The position numbers were made by a program, and so were the translations under genes. 64,000 bases of DNA. Source: Carcharhinus longimanus. Lineage: Eukaryota. Positions 62,274 to 64,000 of this stretch are shown one piece after another. Location of the stretch: NCBI GenBank assembly GCA_030264375.1, contig JASCQW010000099.1:16231364-16295363 (forward strand), written 5' to 3'. A model generated the notes under the pieces. It searched no databases, was not told the DNA's origin, and saw only the letters and a list, made by a program, of their open reading frames with translations. Position 1 is the first letter of the stretch; every line of letters starts with the position of its first letter.

Positions 62274-64000
62274 CTGGAGAAGGAAACGTATATTTGATTA
62301 ATTTGCAATCTTTTAGGATTGTGTGAATTGCACATAAAGATTGATACATTATAGTGCTTGGAATTGTCCACTTAGTCTACACTAAACACAAAATCTTCAA
62401 ATCACAATAACTAAGAATACAATGAGGTTTAAATTTCCTCATTAATATTTATCATTCTCATTTCAGATGACAATTCCTCACTTAGCCATAGTTCTACATT
62501 CCTAGATCATACAGGGGAACCCAAATGATAACTGCAGGGAGAGTTGGTGTTCACACCCGAGGCCAACCCTGACCAGACCCTAGTACCATTCTTATTAGCA
62601 ATCAAGAGGAGTGGATTCCAGTTGGGTTTAAATGCCAAATGCAGTAGCCCTATCTTGTCTTGAATGGTGGTTGGCTCACTTATCACAAACTGGGGATACA
62701 ACTTGGGCCCATTCTGGCTCAGCTACATTTTCTAATCAATTGATCCATGATAAATTTGGTTCCCAAGTACAAAATTCACAAAGGCTATTCCACTGTACAA
62801 GAGAGACGGAGCTACAGCAATTAATTAGAATTATATAGGACAAATCTTTATTTGCAGGAACCAATGTAGTAATTAGGAAGGTGTTTTTTTAAAGTATAAA
62901 AAGTTAGCTCTTGATTAAGGTGAATCTGGGATGTGATCGTGTAGTGGTTATGTTATGGGCCAGCCTTCCAATGGCCTTGCATGTTTTTTTAAGGTGAAGT
63001 TGGCCATGTTCATCATCTGGGCATTTGGCAAGGTTCCAGTAAGTGCATAGGTAACTGCCAAGACTAAGCTGTGTATGGAAGATTTTACAGCTAATAGGAC
63101 ATGATATTCAAAGTTCAATCGTCTGCAGTAAGTTGTTGGCTTGGGATTTCCTCTCCTGACATTTACTTTCTGCCTCTGATAAGCGCTTGCTTTTGAAGGA
63201 GGACACACCGTTTCTCATTTGGCTGTACCAAATGCAGGAATTCTAGGCGTGTTCATCCTTCATGATTCAAAGTTGGTATTAAAACTCTTAAGTGAAGGCT
63301 TCTGAGTGTCGTCATGGCACTTCCTTTCAACACCATGAGAACACACCTCAGATTCAAGCTCTCCACAAAAGAGTCACTGGACAAATAATCTAGAAACTGC
63401 AAATCTCACCGTGGTAGTTTGAGAATTTAATCTCAGTTTTTAAAATCGGAAATAAAATGCTGGCAGTGAAAGTGAACATAAAGCTGTCAGATTGTAATAC
63501 AGTTCAAATGTTTAACCAACACCCAACAAGGAAGGAAACCTACCGTCCTTATCTAATTGGGCCTATATGTACACAAAACCCACACCAACACAGTTGATTC
63601 TTAATTGTTCTGACGTGACCCAGCAGCTGTATCAAACTTTTACAGCAACTAGTGCTGGGCAATAAATGCTGGCCTTTCCGGCAAAAACAACAATAACGTT
63701 TATAGTCAAAGAAAGCAGACAAAGCATTTTTAGTGTGTGCAAGTTAAATGGTAGTACAATATACAGCAATGCAAATGTGGCAAAAACATTTACTGGAGAT
63801 AAATTTCCTTCATGCTTTCAACAATCTCAATCAGGTGGTGCTTAGATCACAGTTGTCAGCCCTATTCACAGCACCAGAGTAATGCAAAATATTCACTAAT
63901 TCACCAAAACTCAATTTTGGTCAACTCATTTGATAAATCTGTAAAGGGGCAGGAAGTCACTTAGGATATTGCTTAGCATTTAACTGAAAATCCAAACATC

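Overview
Eukaryotic genomic DNA, very likely from a shark or other cartilaginous fish, judged from the HE1/V-SINE, DeuSINE, CR1, L2 and Penelope repeat content. The scaffold has several N gaps. The window holds the 3' part of STXBP5 (tomosyn-1) on the minus strand. Twelve exons match vertebrate tomosyn-1 and splice into one frame with GT-AG boundaries, from the WD40 region (62273) through the hypervariable region and R-SNARE domain to the stop codon at 9363. A probable 3' UTR of about 1.2-2.7 kb follows. The best finding is a thirteenth, in-frame 84-nt exon (57508-57591) that I do not recall in canonical mammalian tomosyn-1 and that resembles an alternatively spliced exon of the paralog STXBP5L (tomosyn-2). 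Other points are Penelope-derived foldback inserts (one with a hammerhead-like core), an inverted V-SINE arrangement around the alternative exons, and a CCAAT/CRE-like minisatellite in the 3' UTR. There is no prokaryotic-type system here, and most ORFs in the supplied track are spurious or transposon fragments. Homolog comparisons and repeat-family names are from memory, not database searches, and repeat boundaries are approximate.
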